A stretch of 64,000 nt of DNA, from NCBI RefSeq assembly GCF_006345805.1, contig NC_043008.1, positions 3,658,001 to 3,722,000 on the forward strand, given 5' to 3'. The notes under the pieces were generated by a model. The model ran no database searches, was not told the origin of the DNA, and was given only the letters and a program-made list of their open reading frames with translations. Positions within the stretch are counted from its first letter, which is position 1; the number at the start of each line of letters is the position of its first letter. Of this stretch, positions 38,934 through 51,262 are shown in pieces. This DNA is from Octopus sinensis (lineage: Eukaryota). The translations under genes and the position numbers were made by a program.

Positions 38934-38969
<36 letters not shown>

Positions 38970-39074
38970 ATTCACTCTCCCTCTCTCTTCTCACTGTTTC
39001 ACTTCGTCACTTTCACTATTGTACTTAAAGTTAACATTCTAAAAAAGTAGCTAAGTATAAGTGTATATCGCATA

Positions 39075-39156
39075 CTAACATAACTGCATATATACATACA
39101 TACATACATACATGACTGCATGCTTACATACATACATTCTTACATACATACATACG

Positions 39157-39187
<31 letters not shown>

Positions 39188-39265
39188 CATACATACATAC
39201 ATACGTACATACATACATACATACATACATACATACATACATACATACATACATAGACTGCATGC

Positions 39266-39296
<31 letters not shown>

Positions 39297-39560
39297 CATA
39301 CATACATTCTTACATACATACATACGTACATACATACATACATACATACATACATACATACATACATACATACATAGACTGCATGCTTACATACATACAT
39401 TCTTACATACATACATAAGTACGTACATACGTACGTACATACATACGTACATACATACATACATACATACATACGTACGTACATACATACATACATACAT
39501 ACATACATACATACATACATACCACATGCTTACATGCATACATTCGTTCATACATACAAA
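39075..39560. repeat. (ACAT)n tract with higher-order units
   Basis: GACTGCATGCTTACAT...ATTCTTACAT recurs at ~39114, 39256 and 39377. Confidence 0.9.
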
Positions 39561-39630
39561 CATATGTGTATGCAGAAAGTTTCCATAATTATGTGTGTGT
39601 ACATGTGTATCTACATATATATATATACAT

Positions 39631-39748
39631 GTTTATTCTTAAGCATCGAAGATTCGGCCATTTAAGCCATAATCTGCAACCTGACGATGGCTTGGACTGG
39701 CCGAAACTTCGACGTCATTGTCCAATATATTCTTGTTTAAGAATAAAC
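39631..39748 (+). mobile_element. Inverted pLTR-like element containing a hammerhead motif (39676-39721)
   Basis: GCAAC-CUGACGA-u-GGCU(uggacu)GGCC-GAAA-C(uucgac)GUC-AUUGU. 39631-39670 is an inverted, internally deleted copy of 39687-39748. Confidence 0.6.
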
Positions 39749-39867
39749 TTGAACTCGACAAAAATATAGAGTAACCCTCCAGGTTAATATAAAATTGATT
39801 TTACTATAACTAAACATAACACACACACACACACACACACACGTATGTGTGTGAGTGTGCCTGTGTG

Positions 39868-40100
39868 TGTAGTGGTTAAAATGTTGGTCTCATTAGTTTA
39901 AGATTGTGGTTTCGATTCCTGGACTGGGAGACGCGTTGTGTTCTTGAGCAAGACACTTCATTTCCCGTTTCTCCAGGCCAATCGCCTGACAAAACTAAGT
40001 AATCTTGGGACGGACCGGTGTCCCGTTCAGTTGGAGAATATATACAGCACAGGAAACAGGAAACCAGCCCTAATAGTCTATATAACGCAGGAAGGATATT
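39868..40100 (+). mobile_element. SINE family D, degraded
   Basis: TAGTGGTTA...AAGATTGTGGTTTCGATTCCTGGACTGGGAGACGCGTTGTGTTCTTGAGCAAGACACTTCATTTC, as at 20073. Confidence 0.7.
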
Positions 40101-40192
40101 TATCGTTTGTATGGGGGGGGGTATGCTTATACAGATGCATATATTAAGTGTGCATTCGTAGGTATTACTATGTATTTCTATATGAATATGTA

Positions 40193-40223
<31 letters not shown>

Positions 40224-40224
40224 C

Positions 40225-40408
40225 TTTATTCAAAAGCAGCAGAAATATAACAAAAGTTGTTAAACAAAACTGTCCGACGAACGGGAACGTGAAATTCTGA
40301 GTAAAAACATTTGTTATATTTCTGCTGCTTTTAAATAAAAACATATTACTCTACCTCTGGTATTTGAGTACTCTGTTTTCCACCTTGTTTTATGTGCTTA
40401 CTCGGGTA
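40225..40408 (+). mobile_element. Inverted pLTR-like element with degenerate hammerhead core
   Basis: 30-bp inverted arms 40225-40254 / 40310-40339 (1 mismatch) enclose CCGACGA-ACG(ggaa)CGU-GAAA-uucuga-GUA. The 3' extension is shared with 12281-12378. Confidence 0.55.
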
Positions 40409-40436
40409 TATATATATTTTTTTTTAAACAGACAAG

Positions 40437-40557
<121 letters not shown>

Positions 40558-40894
40558 GAGCATCCATCTCCCATTCACAACAGTAACTAATTTTAGCGCT
40601 GTAGGAATTTACTGGTTGAACTAGAACAATATTCTATCTCCAAAGTTTAACCCCTTTCTAAAGCTATCAAGTAAATCTCATTGGTTGAACCAGAACAAAG
40701 GTTACTACGAATAATTTGTGATACTCCGAACATTTCCATTAAGCCTATAGATAATGCAATGTATGAGTAGAGGTCAAGTGTGTCCCAGGCTATTTACACT
40801 ATTCGAACAAACACCTTACTTAACAATAACACGTTGTCAAATCAACATTTACTACAACTTTATAATAAAATGCCTAAGTAAAATAAAATAAATT

Positions 40895-41050
40895 TTGGTT
40901 TCAAATTTTGGCACAAGGCCAGGAATTTTTGAGGATGGGTCAAGTCGATCAAATCGACCCCCAGTACTCAACTGGTACTTATTTTTTGACCCGGAAATGA
41001 TGAAAGGCAAATATGACCTCGACGGAGTTTGAACTCAGAATGGACGAAAT
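40895..41050 (-). mobile_element. SINE family B (tail type 2), 5'-truncated
   Basis: TTTTGGCACAAGGCC...TCGACCCCCAGTACTCAACTGGTACTT...TGAAAGGCAAA...TTTGAACTCAGAA. Confidence 0.75.
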
Positions 41051-41251
41051 TAACATCCAAAGATACTTATCACTTCATTCACATCAGCACCACTCAGGTC
41101 AACCGACCCTTGTACGAGCTGCAAACAATTTTTTGCACCCGATAGTCGTGAACACTGTGTCAACTTTTGACACAATGAAGACACACACCCATACGAATGC
41201 GCGTGCGCTCACTTGATTACACATGTACATGCATGTATATGTTTGTGTGCC

Positions 41252-41336
<85 letters not shown>

Positions 41337-41441
41337 GATAGATAAATAGATAGATAGATGAGTGTGTGGGTATTAATGCATTATGTATAACTATATACAT
41401 ATGTATACATACATATATATGCATATATATATACATACACA

Positions 41442-41504
<63 letters not shown>

Positions 41505-43134
41505 CATACATATACATATATTTGAAAATATTTGCAAAAATATGATATTCCTTGAGTCTTTCCGTTCTTTGGTTGGTCTCCAGCATTTTAAATGGAAGAA
41601 CCAGAACGAGCTTTTCTAAAGAAGTTCCATAGATTAAATTTGATACTACAATTGCCATTTATATGAATTTATGGTTCTGGGTTCCCGAGTGTTAAAGGGC
41701 TTTGTTAAGGCTTATTGATTATTCTAGAATTGACAGAAATGTATTTATTATCTTAACCTTGCAAAGTGAATGCTCGGTTTTCCAGATTTTATTACATTCA
41801 ATGTTATCAGTAAGTATTTTAGCTGAATATGCTTCATAGCGGCTTTTAAAATCTGTGCCTTATCGAGCTAACGTGATCGCTTGACTTACATGAAATAGCA
41901 ACCAAATCTAACTCAAATAATACACTACCGTCTTGAAAATGGAAACATTGTATAATGTAGCACGTTGTGTAGCATTTTTGGAGCGAAAAAAAAACATAAA
42001 AAGAAACAGAAAGACGAGATGGGATGATCATTGCTTGAACGCTTCTCGATTAGGTGTCTACTCGATTAAAGCCGACTTATCGAGGCAGCAGCAGCAATAG
42101 TAACAACAAGAACAACCAGTGACAGCTGTGCTGTGTCAATAAAGTTTAGTGGTGTTTACAAGACCAAAAGTCGATTATTTTCATGTCCAGCCGACTTCCA
42201 CCGAGTATTTACTGTTAATAAAAAACTTGTGTAACTTAATACACACTTGACTTTTACCTCCCAATTCATTTCGAAACAGTAATGTAAATATTATAATTCT
42301 AACAAAACACTATCAAGTAGTCCGTCTAGTTGGTGCCTTGTTTCTTGTTTAACCCGCAGATTTGACCTCAGGGGCGAACAGGTATGTGGTAAAAGACACC
42401 CCAGGTGGGTTCCCTCCCTATTGTTTCCTATGTACAGGGAATCTAGAACCGCATTATCTACCATGTGTGTTTTAAGACAATCAGGTGTCATCTAATCAAA
42501 TTGTAGCTATCATTATTCCTGTCTAGTCGAGTAACCATGAACAGGCTTCCTCTCTAACTCGCAGTCACTCTAGCGTTTTTGTTGTTTTGTTTTTGTATAT
42601 TTAAAATACTTTTTTTTTTAATGTGTAATTAGTGGGTGTGGAGTAATTGATAAAACTTGTTTTGATTTGGGAGTGAGTTGAGTACATACATTAGAATGGC
42701 GGTTAGCGTGATGAGAGGTTCGTACGACTGTTGCCATTCACTCCCCGGCACAATTGCACGCAAATTACAGTTTCTAATGATTACAATAAGGAGTGGCATT
42801 TGTGAAGTAAAAGTAAATTTCAACATTTAATATTATACGCCTGAGGTTTCGTAATAAAATCCTGTTTGTTGAAGGTCAATGGGTACAATTAATTCTTGTC
42901 GTTTTATAAATGGGTGGCTGATGCCATTTGTTGTCTGGTTTAATGCTGCCCTCTCGTCCTTGGGGTTCTTTAGCGAAGCCCTTTTAGCTATTAGGAGAGA
43001 GATCTTTGACCTGTGGACGTCTTCTACTTTTCATAGTACCAATCTCTAAGGCCCTGAAGAATTATATGATCATGGTGCGCCCTTCTTTCCGCGAATAAAA
43101 AATAAAATGTAAAAAACTATGCTTGGGGTTTAAT

Positions 43135-43480
43135 TGAACAAATCGACCTTAGTGTTTTCTTTTTCTTTCTTTCTTTTTTTCTAAGTTTAGAACCTATTTT
43201 ATCGGTTTATTTTGCTGAGCTGCTAAGTTATGGGGTCGTAAATAATGCAACACCAGCTGTCAAGCAGGAGGAAAAAATACAAGCACAAACACACACACAA
43301 ACACACACACACACACACACACACAGAGCCTACTACCACATAATTTCTGCTTACCAAATGCATTTATAAGACATTGTTTGGCCTGGAACTATATTTGAAG
43401 AAACATGACTAAAGTACGGCGCAATGGGACTGAACCGGAAACGTAACGAGATTCTTAACTACAAAGCCTTTCTTGCACCT
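43135..43480 (-). mobile_element. SINE family C, highly degraded
   Basis: AACAAATCGACC...GCTAAGTTATGGGG.CGTAAA...CACCAGCTGTCAAGC...(CA)n...GGGACTGAACC. Confidence 0.55.
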
Positions 43481-43611
43481 ATCGAACCTACAAAACTTTA
43501 CATTCTTCTGACAAAATAAAAGTGTAGCTAACGTGGGTGCAACTATTCAATGATCCAAACTGCAAGGTATGGCCGGCCTTTTTCACTGAAATAAAATCTC
43601 AACCATCTCGA

Positions 43612-43836
43612 CTTTTTTTTAGCTTTCAGGTTACTCTCAAATGTAATGTTTATTCAGTCAAATTGTTTTGAATTTATCAGGAATTCCCTCGTTGCTTCGA
43701 AACTTCAGTGTTGTGATCGTTTGTATGTAGAACGATTTTGTAAGATAACTGTGTGAAGTCAGATCTGGCCGGTTTCAACATAAAACAGCTAGAAAATAAG
43801 GGCCTGATATGGCCATGTTTAATGCTATAGGGTTAA
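43612..43836. mobile_element. Probable piggyBac-type MITE with degraded left end
   Basis: Right end AATGCTATAGGG|TTAA; left end TTTTAGCTTT weakly complementary. Subterminal repeat ATCTGGCCGGTTT / ATATGGCCATGTTT. Confidence 0.4.
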
Positions 43837-43933
43837 AAGTGATAAGGTGGCGGAATACATTAGACAATATTAGTTTATTTACTTCCAATATATTTTTATG
43901 TATTTCTATGCAGACACAAAAAGTGGCAAATGA

Positions 43934-43975
43934 TCTGACTCGAGTTTCGGTTATATCTGGAATACTCCTCAGAGA
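43934..43975 (-). ncRNA. Minimal type I hammerhead motif
   Basis: UCU-CUGAGGA-[guauuccagauauaacc]-GAAA-CUCGA-GUC-AGA: intact core, GUC triplet, palindromic ACUCGAGU stem III. Stem II is weak. Confidence 0.55.
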
Positions 43976-44266
43976 GCGTGTAGACCTCCCTCTGGGCACA
44001 GAGAATTCTGTAGCTAATAGCATTATAAGTCCACCAAATATGATAATATCAGCGAATTAGAGATTCTAGTTTGCATAATTTATAGTGCTAACGTTGGTAG
44101 CTATTTTTATTAAATAAGAAAATGTGCACAAAATAGCTCTGGTATATGGTAATATATATCTGTACTGAAACATCACAAGATTTAATCGGAGCAGAAAATG
44201 TTTTAAATTGTGTACTGTTTCAGCATACACACACGCACACACACAACACACACACACACACACACA

Positions 44267-44306
<40 letters not shown>

Positions 44307-44310
44307 ATGC

Positions 44311-44362
<52 letters not shown>

Positions 44363-45240
44363 CTTGTATGTATGTATCTATGTATGTATGTTGTAAATAT
44401 AAGAAGGAAGGAGAAACAGAAGGCCGTCAAAACAAATCAAAATACACACAAGGGGTTTCCTACTCTACCATGGTAACAGGAAAATCATGGCGGTTGGATT
44501 CAGCTACATCTCCATCAGCTCAGAGTCGGGTGTCAATTAAGATGGTAAAGTTGAGGAGGATATATATGAGGAGAAAGAAGTAGGACCGATGTACATAAGA
44601 CAGGCATGTAGAAGGCTCTTGCTGAAAATCGCATCAATAGCTTAACATAATAGGAAATTAACCCAAAACCTGTTGGATGGTTTCTTTTTCTTTTTCTTTT
44701 TTTTTTTAACTGACCTTTTTTCAACGCTGGTTCAAGCAATAAAAATCGTGATATCCTTAGAGGATCTATATAGCTATATTGGGTCGAATTTAGAAGAGGT
44801 TCGAGAGAAATTGGTTCCTATTGTACGATCCCTTGCGAAAAGCAGGATTCTAGTAATAACCGAAGAACAATTCTATAAAGAGATTTTTTCGACTGTCCCA
44901 ACCCAAGACATGCTCATTGATATTTTGGAACAAGAGATTACGTGGAATAGAAAAAGAAACTTACAGAATGACAGCAAGAGTTGCAGAAAGCGCTGAAGTG
45001 TTTTTGTACTTGTGTGTAGGTCGTTTATCCGATTTGTATTTTCACTTATTTCGATTAAAATTATATCTTGTTTTAATTATAGCATATTATAAATAATTTT
45101 ATATTTATTCAACGATTCTTAACGTATAACCAGCATCCATCACATAAACGTCATTATTCCTCTCATCATCTTTATATAGCAATGTTCTTTCCCGCGCAGT
45201 TTCGTGGTCCCATACCTTTTGATATTATATTTATATATAA

Positions 45241-45635
45241 GGCGGCGAGCTGGCAAAAACTTTAGCACGCTGGGCGAAATGCGTAGCCGTATTTCGTCTG
45301 CCGTTACGTTCTGAGTTCAAATTCCGCCGAGGTCGACTTTGCCTTTCATCCTTTCGGGGTCGATAAATTAAGTACCAGTTATGCACTGGGGTCGATGTAA
45401 TCGACTTAATCTGTTTGTCTGTCCTTGTTTGTCCTCTATGTTTAGCCCCTTGTGGGCAGTAAAGTAATAGGCATTTCGTTTGTCTTTACGTTCTGAGTTC
45501 AAATTCCGCTGAGGTCGACTTTGCCTTTCATCCTTTCGGAGTCGATAAATTAAGTACCAGTTGTGTACTGGGGTTTATCTAATCGACTGGGCCCCTCCCC
45601 CAAAATTTCGGGCCTTGTGCTTAGAGTAGAAAAGA
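45241..45635 (+). mobile_element. Dimeric SINE family B (tail-1 monomer plus headless tail-2 monomer)
   Basis: The core occurs twice (45310-45400; 45490-45590). Flanks ATATTATATTTATATATAA (45222-45240) / ATATTATATGTATATGTAA (45636-45654) look like a 19-bp TSD with 2 mismatches. Confidence 0.85.
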
Positions 45636-46214
45636 ATATTATATGTATATGTAAAAGCCCAGGCGGCTAATAAGTAACAAACGTTATCATCACGATTTTC
45701 ATTGTTGCTTTCGAAAAGAAAAGTCGAAGGCGGTTACTGTCGAGGTAACACATATAATTAGCTTGCTTTCCATTTATTATTATTATTAGTCATCCTATTA
45801 AATTCATTTCATTTTCCACCGAAGTATCTATTTTTAAAAATAACTTACAATTGCAGAGCAACTAAAACAAACAAACAAATACATACATAAAGAGACAATT
45901 CAAGTTAAATAACGATGTTATTTCTAAAAGTATTCCATTAAAATCAGAAATAAGACAAAAAAAGCAAACGTCGATAGAGAAAAGTTTAACTTGGTTCTAC
46001 TCTCCGGTCATTAAAGTCATTTAAACCGTTCTTCAAAAAAGAAAGCAAAAACATTTTGAAAACCTTTTCCCATCATTATCTTTACTGCCGGTAGCCTGGT
46101 CGTTTATATATACATATATACATTACACACACACACATGTATGTGCGTATATGTGTATCAATATTATAGGGCTATATTGTCAATACTTATATATATATAA
46201 TATATTATTGTGTA

Positions 46215-46279
<65 letters not shown>

Positions 46280-47384
46280 GTTATTATATTAGTGTATATA
46301 TATATATAAATCAAGCCCTACACTATATGTTTCATATTTTCTCTCTTCGTTACTATATATGCAAGATGTGTGTATGAGTAAGAATAAATGGATGTGTATA
46401 TTTTTGAGTACATGTGTGCGTTATGTCCCTACACTCTTATGATTTAGAAAACTTTCTCGAAAGTTGGGTCAGTTGGGAAAATCATCAATTTCTTGCGTTG
46501 CTTATGTCCGCCATTCATTAAATCGTATCGAAGTCAAGATTCCTTTTCGTTTAATTATCGCAAGAAAAAAAAACAGAGTTTTTTCCGAAATAGGGAACGA
46601 CTGATCGATAGCTTTAATACTTTCTTAATGATTTATATCTCAGACAATCGATCAGAAGAACATCGCAAGACAACAAACTGGTTCATGCACAGCCCTTTTA
46701 TCATGGCCCCTTTGACTAAACGTTTGTTGTTGTTTCACCTTTTAGAACTAGTAATCTAATCCTCTTCAAATTACGTTGATAGACCTTCAAAAAAAAAAAA
46801 AAACAAACACAATGAGTAATGTTGTTCACTATTTCGAGGGTAAAAAGACGAAATAGTCACAGCTGCCCTATCTCTGGATATAGGCCCGATGAAGATTTTT
46901 CTAAGGACAACAGCCAGAACAAGATCAACAAAAAATAGTATCATTTAATCATTCCATCCTCATAGCCATCTTCAGCATGTTTAATGGCATAAATCCTTAT
47001 TTCATGTGATAGCTGTACAGCATATACATATTTGGGGGTGGCCGACCAATCAAATTAGTACGTATTTCACCGCCCTTACATGTTTTCCTGACAAAACCAC
47101 TGTTGTTCTTACTACGATGCTGATGCGGCTTATACCACCAAGCAAATCTTATTTTAAATTTACGATACAAATATTATGAAGCATTTGTTATATTCGTCTG
47201 TTTTGAAATTATCTGGAAAATTCTCTCCGCCAAAATAGCCATTCAGATTGTCAGTGACCCCTAAAGAAACTGAGGAGGGATGTGCTCAACGGAGCCTGAA
47301 GTAGAAAATTTAGCTTTCTTGCACAACTGACATAAAGTTCTCTAGATACGTTATAGTTATTCTGGTTTCTTAAAGGATTCATAT

Positions 47385-47545
47385 GTGCTGACAACTAGCG
47401 TTGGTGTGTTTACGTACCGTTACCTAGCAGTTCAGAATCAGAAACCGATAGAATAAGTACTGCGGGTCGATTTGTCCGACTCACCTCATCCAGGCGGTTA
47501 CCCTGTAGCCCAGAGTCCAGTGACGACTGAAACAAATGATTGATG
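47385..47545 (+). mobile_element. 3' half of SINE family C
   Basis: TTGGTGTGTTTACGT...ACCGATAGAATAAGTACT...GGGTCGATTTGTCCGACT...ACTGAAACAA. Confidence 0.65.
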
Positions 47546-48409
47546 AAACATAAAAAGATTGCACACTTCAACCTAAAACCACTTCAAAAATGAAATTATG
47601 CTTTGTATAACTTATCTTATTCTCTATTTGATTTTATATCTGAAGATATAGTATCGCTCTTACTATTGTTTCCCCTCCGGTCATCCTTGTTTAAGAAAAC
47701 ATATGGTCAAAAATGTACCAGCCATGCCCAATTTGTCTTTTTTTCAACCATACAGAATTTAAGGTTACATCAGCTAATGTGTACTTCCTGTCTTTGCTAT
47801 TTCGCCTCAAGTCATCCCTAATCGAGTAGACCTATGATCAAAGGTGTACCAGCCATGACCATCCGGTCTTTTTCTTTCATACATACTGAATCTAGTATTA
47901 GATTATCCCAATATATACTTCCTGTTGTTCTTTAGCCTCAGGACAGCACTCATTGAACAGACCGATGATCAAGGAGGTTGGAAACGAGATAGCACAGCAT
48001 TTTTATTTTAAAAACTGTGTTTTTAGTAATATTACATTATCTAAAGTGCCTTGGTAGGATTTGAGTGCGATATGGCTACTATTTCTAGAAGATTGGGCAG
48101 CTGTATAATGATACATACGTAATGCTATAGTGTTACTGTTTCCAATGTCTCCGACACTATCGACTCACCATCCACATTTTAAAATCTGATTTAAGATTTT
48201 CATTTTAAACATTGATTTAAAATACTGTATTGCCAATTATGAGTTACATGAAATTTCACTCATACATTAAATGATATAGAAATACGTGGTTCTTATACAT
48301 TTTATTTAGTTTCCTTTCTCATTCGCTAAACTTTGGTTCTGCTTTTGTGACGGAGTTAAAATCTAAAATGCTGATTACTATTTCTAACATTGGGATAGCA
48401 CACACAGAG

Positions 48410-48650
48410 GGACTAAAGATATTGGCGAATCAAAGAAGTGCTGGCTAATTTTTACATTGTTGTCACTAATTACAAAAGTGAACCACACGATCTTACCGTT
48501 CCTCTTATCAAACAACGTGATAGCTTCAATGCAGCAGCTCCGCCAAAAATATTTCAGATATACTCTACTATTATAAACAGAGTCCTCGATGATAAAAAGA
48601 AAGAAAGAAAAAACATTTTGGATGGCCACAGCTGAAGCACTTCTGAGCAT
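48410..48650 (+). pseudogene. Possible pogo/Tigger transposase relic
   Basis: Frame-shifted peptides IGESKKCW (cf. IGKSKKPRCF), VTNYKS, IF and NRVLDDKKKERKNILD (cf. RKILLLLD) occur in the expected order. Confidence 0.25.
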
Positions 48651-49620
48651 ATGTCTGCTTAACCAAGACTACTTTTGGGTTGTATATCAATCACATGCTT
48701 TCAACCAGGTGGATTTTAAGAAGCCTAGAACTTTGCAATTACAGTCTTAAACACGAAATATAGCAGTGTCACTATACGAACTATCGGCTCTTCAACCGTA
48801 TGCCCTCAGCCTTTTGATTTAGTCAGCTGTGGCACAAATTTCTCATATATCTTAAATTTTCTGTGTTAAGCTAAATAAACAAGTTGTCTCATAAAAATGT
48901 CCTCTGTAAAATAGTAGATTAACAAGAAAAAAAAAGAACTTATAAGACGGGTTTCAACCTGTTAGAAAAACGCGACAAATTAAATTTCAAATATTTTCCC
49001 ACTGTCTTAGAAAACAAAGTTATAAGCAATCAGGAAAATTGAGTTCCAGATTCATTATATTGTCATCTTGTCTTCGTTATAATTCTATTTACTATCGGCG
49101 CTTGTCTTGACTGCGAAAGTTGAAAACAAAGTTCAACTCGACAAGATTTTAACTAAATACCACTGGGCATTTTCTCCGACTCTCTATTGATTTTTACCAA
49201 TCTATTGCTGTAACATAAGGACTGGATAGGTACGGCTGAAACGTCTTTCATCGTCAAGTCTGTCCAATCAAGTGTGTCTTGGGGCTAAACAACAACAACA
49301 CAGTAAATTAACATTGAGATTATCGATTAATTCTTGAATATGATATTTCAACGTTGCATTGGCTACTACCAACTACAATCCATTAGTACATATAAATATA
49401 GATGTTGGCTCGCATTTATATATCTATATTGTTAATCTTCTTAATGTCAATTTTAGAGCTTAGAATTGATAATCCCTATTTTCTCTGCACTTTAAAGATT
49501 ACATTGAGCAGAAATATTCATTATGAAGATAATAGATTTATCACAAGCAACAAATCCGCCTTTCAATCAATCTATTAATTGCCCAAGTTCTAGGATTTTG
49601 CACACAGTAGTCTCAAAATG

Positions 49621-49930
49621 GAATGAGTTAACATGTAAGCAGACGCAAACCTTTTGGATGGTGTAAATAACAATACGATTAATTGCCAGAAACACAAGAG
49701 GTGCACGGGTTCGATTTTTGGCAGTGAGAATTAACAGCTAAGCAGACGCAAACCTTCCCTGCTGTGTAAATAAACAGCATGATTGATAGCTCGAAACACA
49801 AGAGGTTTATGGTTCGATTCCACTCAATGAGAGCTAACATCTAAGCAGATCTGAACTTTCTGTGAAGTGTAAATAATAGCAGAGCTGTGTTCGAAAAACA
49901 AGAGGTACGTGTTTCGATTTCTGTCAGTGG
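49621..49930 (+). repeat. Three tandem ~103-bp tRNA-like units
   Basis: TAAGCAGA at 49636, 49739 and 49842. Each unit has GTGTAAATAA, GAAA.ACAAGAGGT and a B-box-like G.TTCGATT (perfect GGTTCGATTCC in unit 2). Confidence 0.8.
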
Positions 49931-50821
49931 ATTTGATGCTGCTAATTAGCACGAGGAGAACCATGGTCGAGTAGATTAATGATCAAAACTCTTAGTGTGA
50001 CAAGAGTATTAATTTGAAAACTATTTGGCTGCTATGTTTAGCTAGCTTTGAATCGGCCTTATAGCATTCACTTTGGCTCCGGATCTAGGCAATGTTTCTT
50101 GCAAGTAGACCGACCCAATAGTAGTTCCTTCGTTCGCTCCTCGTCTCTTCCTTTGACAGAGATTTCTTTCCTATCAACGCTTCTGTTGATTCTGTTTATC
50201 TGCTCCGAACGAATGAAAACCAAATAGACGTCGTCGGAGGAAATTGACCTTAGAACTTAAAAAGCGGGAGCAGACATTGTAAGGCTATATCTGACGTTAA
50301 TTCGTTTAGTCTACGTTATGTCCTGAGTTCAAACCATACTGGCACATACTCTATCTTCCCTCCAACACCAACCTTATGCTAATGGTCAAAAATCAATATC
50401 TAAAAAGGAAGCAAGACTCGATGATCTCTACTGACAAGTGCTCTGTTAATTCTTGCTTCAACAACTTGTATGAACTTAATATCAATAAAACTAACTGTCC
50501 CTTTGACTTCCGCTCTCCACTTTCACACTATTTGCAATATATAAACACATATGTTCACGACGAAGAAAATTTCATTATTGAATTTAAGTTTGCTTAAACG
50601 GAAAACAATCTATATTAAACTGTCAGGCCACACTTAATTTAAATATTTATGTATTTCTCCCCACTCTTTCTTTCTCTCTTTTTCTCTCCCCCTCACTCCA
50701 CGATAATCCGCTGTCGACATTCCTTCGATTAAATAGACATATGGTTGAACAGTTCAACTCCTGCTTACCATATGTCTATCTATACGATCGATAAATCGAT
50801 ATTAGTACTCGTTATTATTGA

Positions 50822-51035
50822 TGCTTAGCCCCAGGTCAGATCTGACGAAGCAGACTTATGATCAAAGAAAATCCAGCTGTGACAATTAATGTTATAGTTT
50901 GTTTTCTTCTATATATTGTAACATAAACTATATTATCCAGTGTGATCTTTCTTCTTTGAAGAACTTATGGTGTGATTTGAGGGAGATTTGACTACAGTTT
51001 CTAATAAGTTGAGCAGCCACACATAGGCTCTATGG
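50822..51035 (+). repeat. Old dispersed repeat family E, best-preserved copy
   Basis: TTAGCCCCAGGTCAG..CTGA..AGCAGACTTATGATCAAAG...ATTATCCAGTGTG...GGTGTGATTTGAGGGAGATTTGACT...TTTCTA. Confidence 0.7.
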
Positions 51036-51216
51036 CTGGCTTGTCTTTGCAATAAATAAATAACCATCAAAATTTCTTATTTAATTTAATTTTGCTGAAA
51101 CGTAAAACAATATATTACACTGTCAAGCTATACTTAATTTAAATATTCATCCATACATCCATACGCTTCCTCTCTCCTTCTCTCTCTCTCTTTTTCGATA
51201 CACACACACACACACA

Positions 51217-51262
<46 letters not shown>

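Noticed and set aside
49621-49930. CRISPR-like array
   Set aside because: Eukaryotic context, whole units are homologous with no unique spacers, and there are no cas genes.
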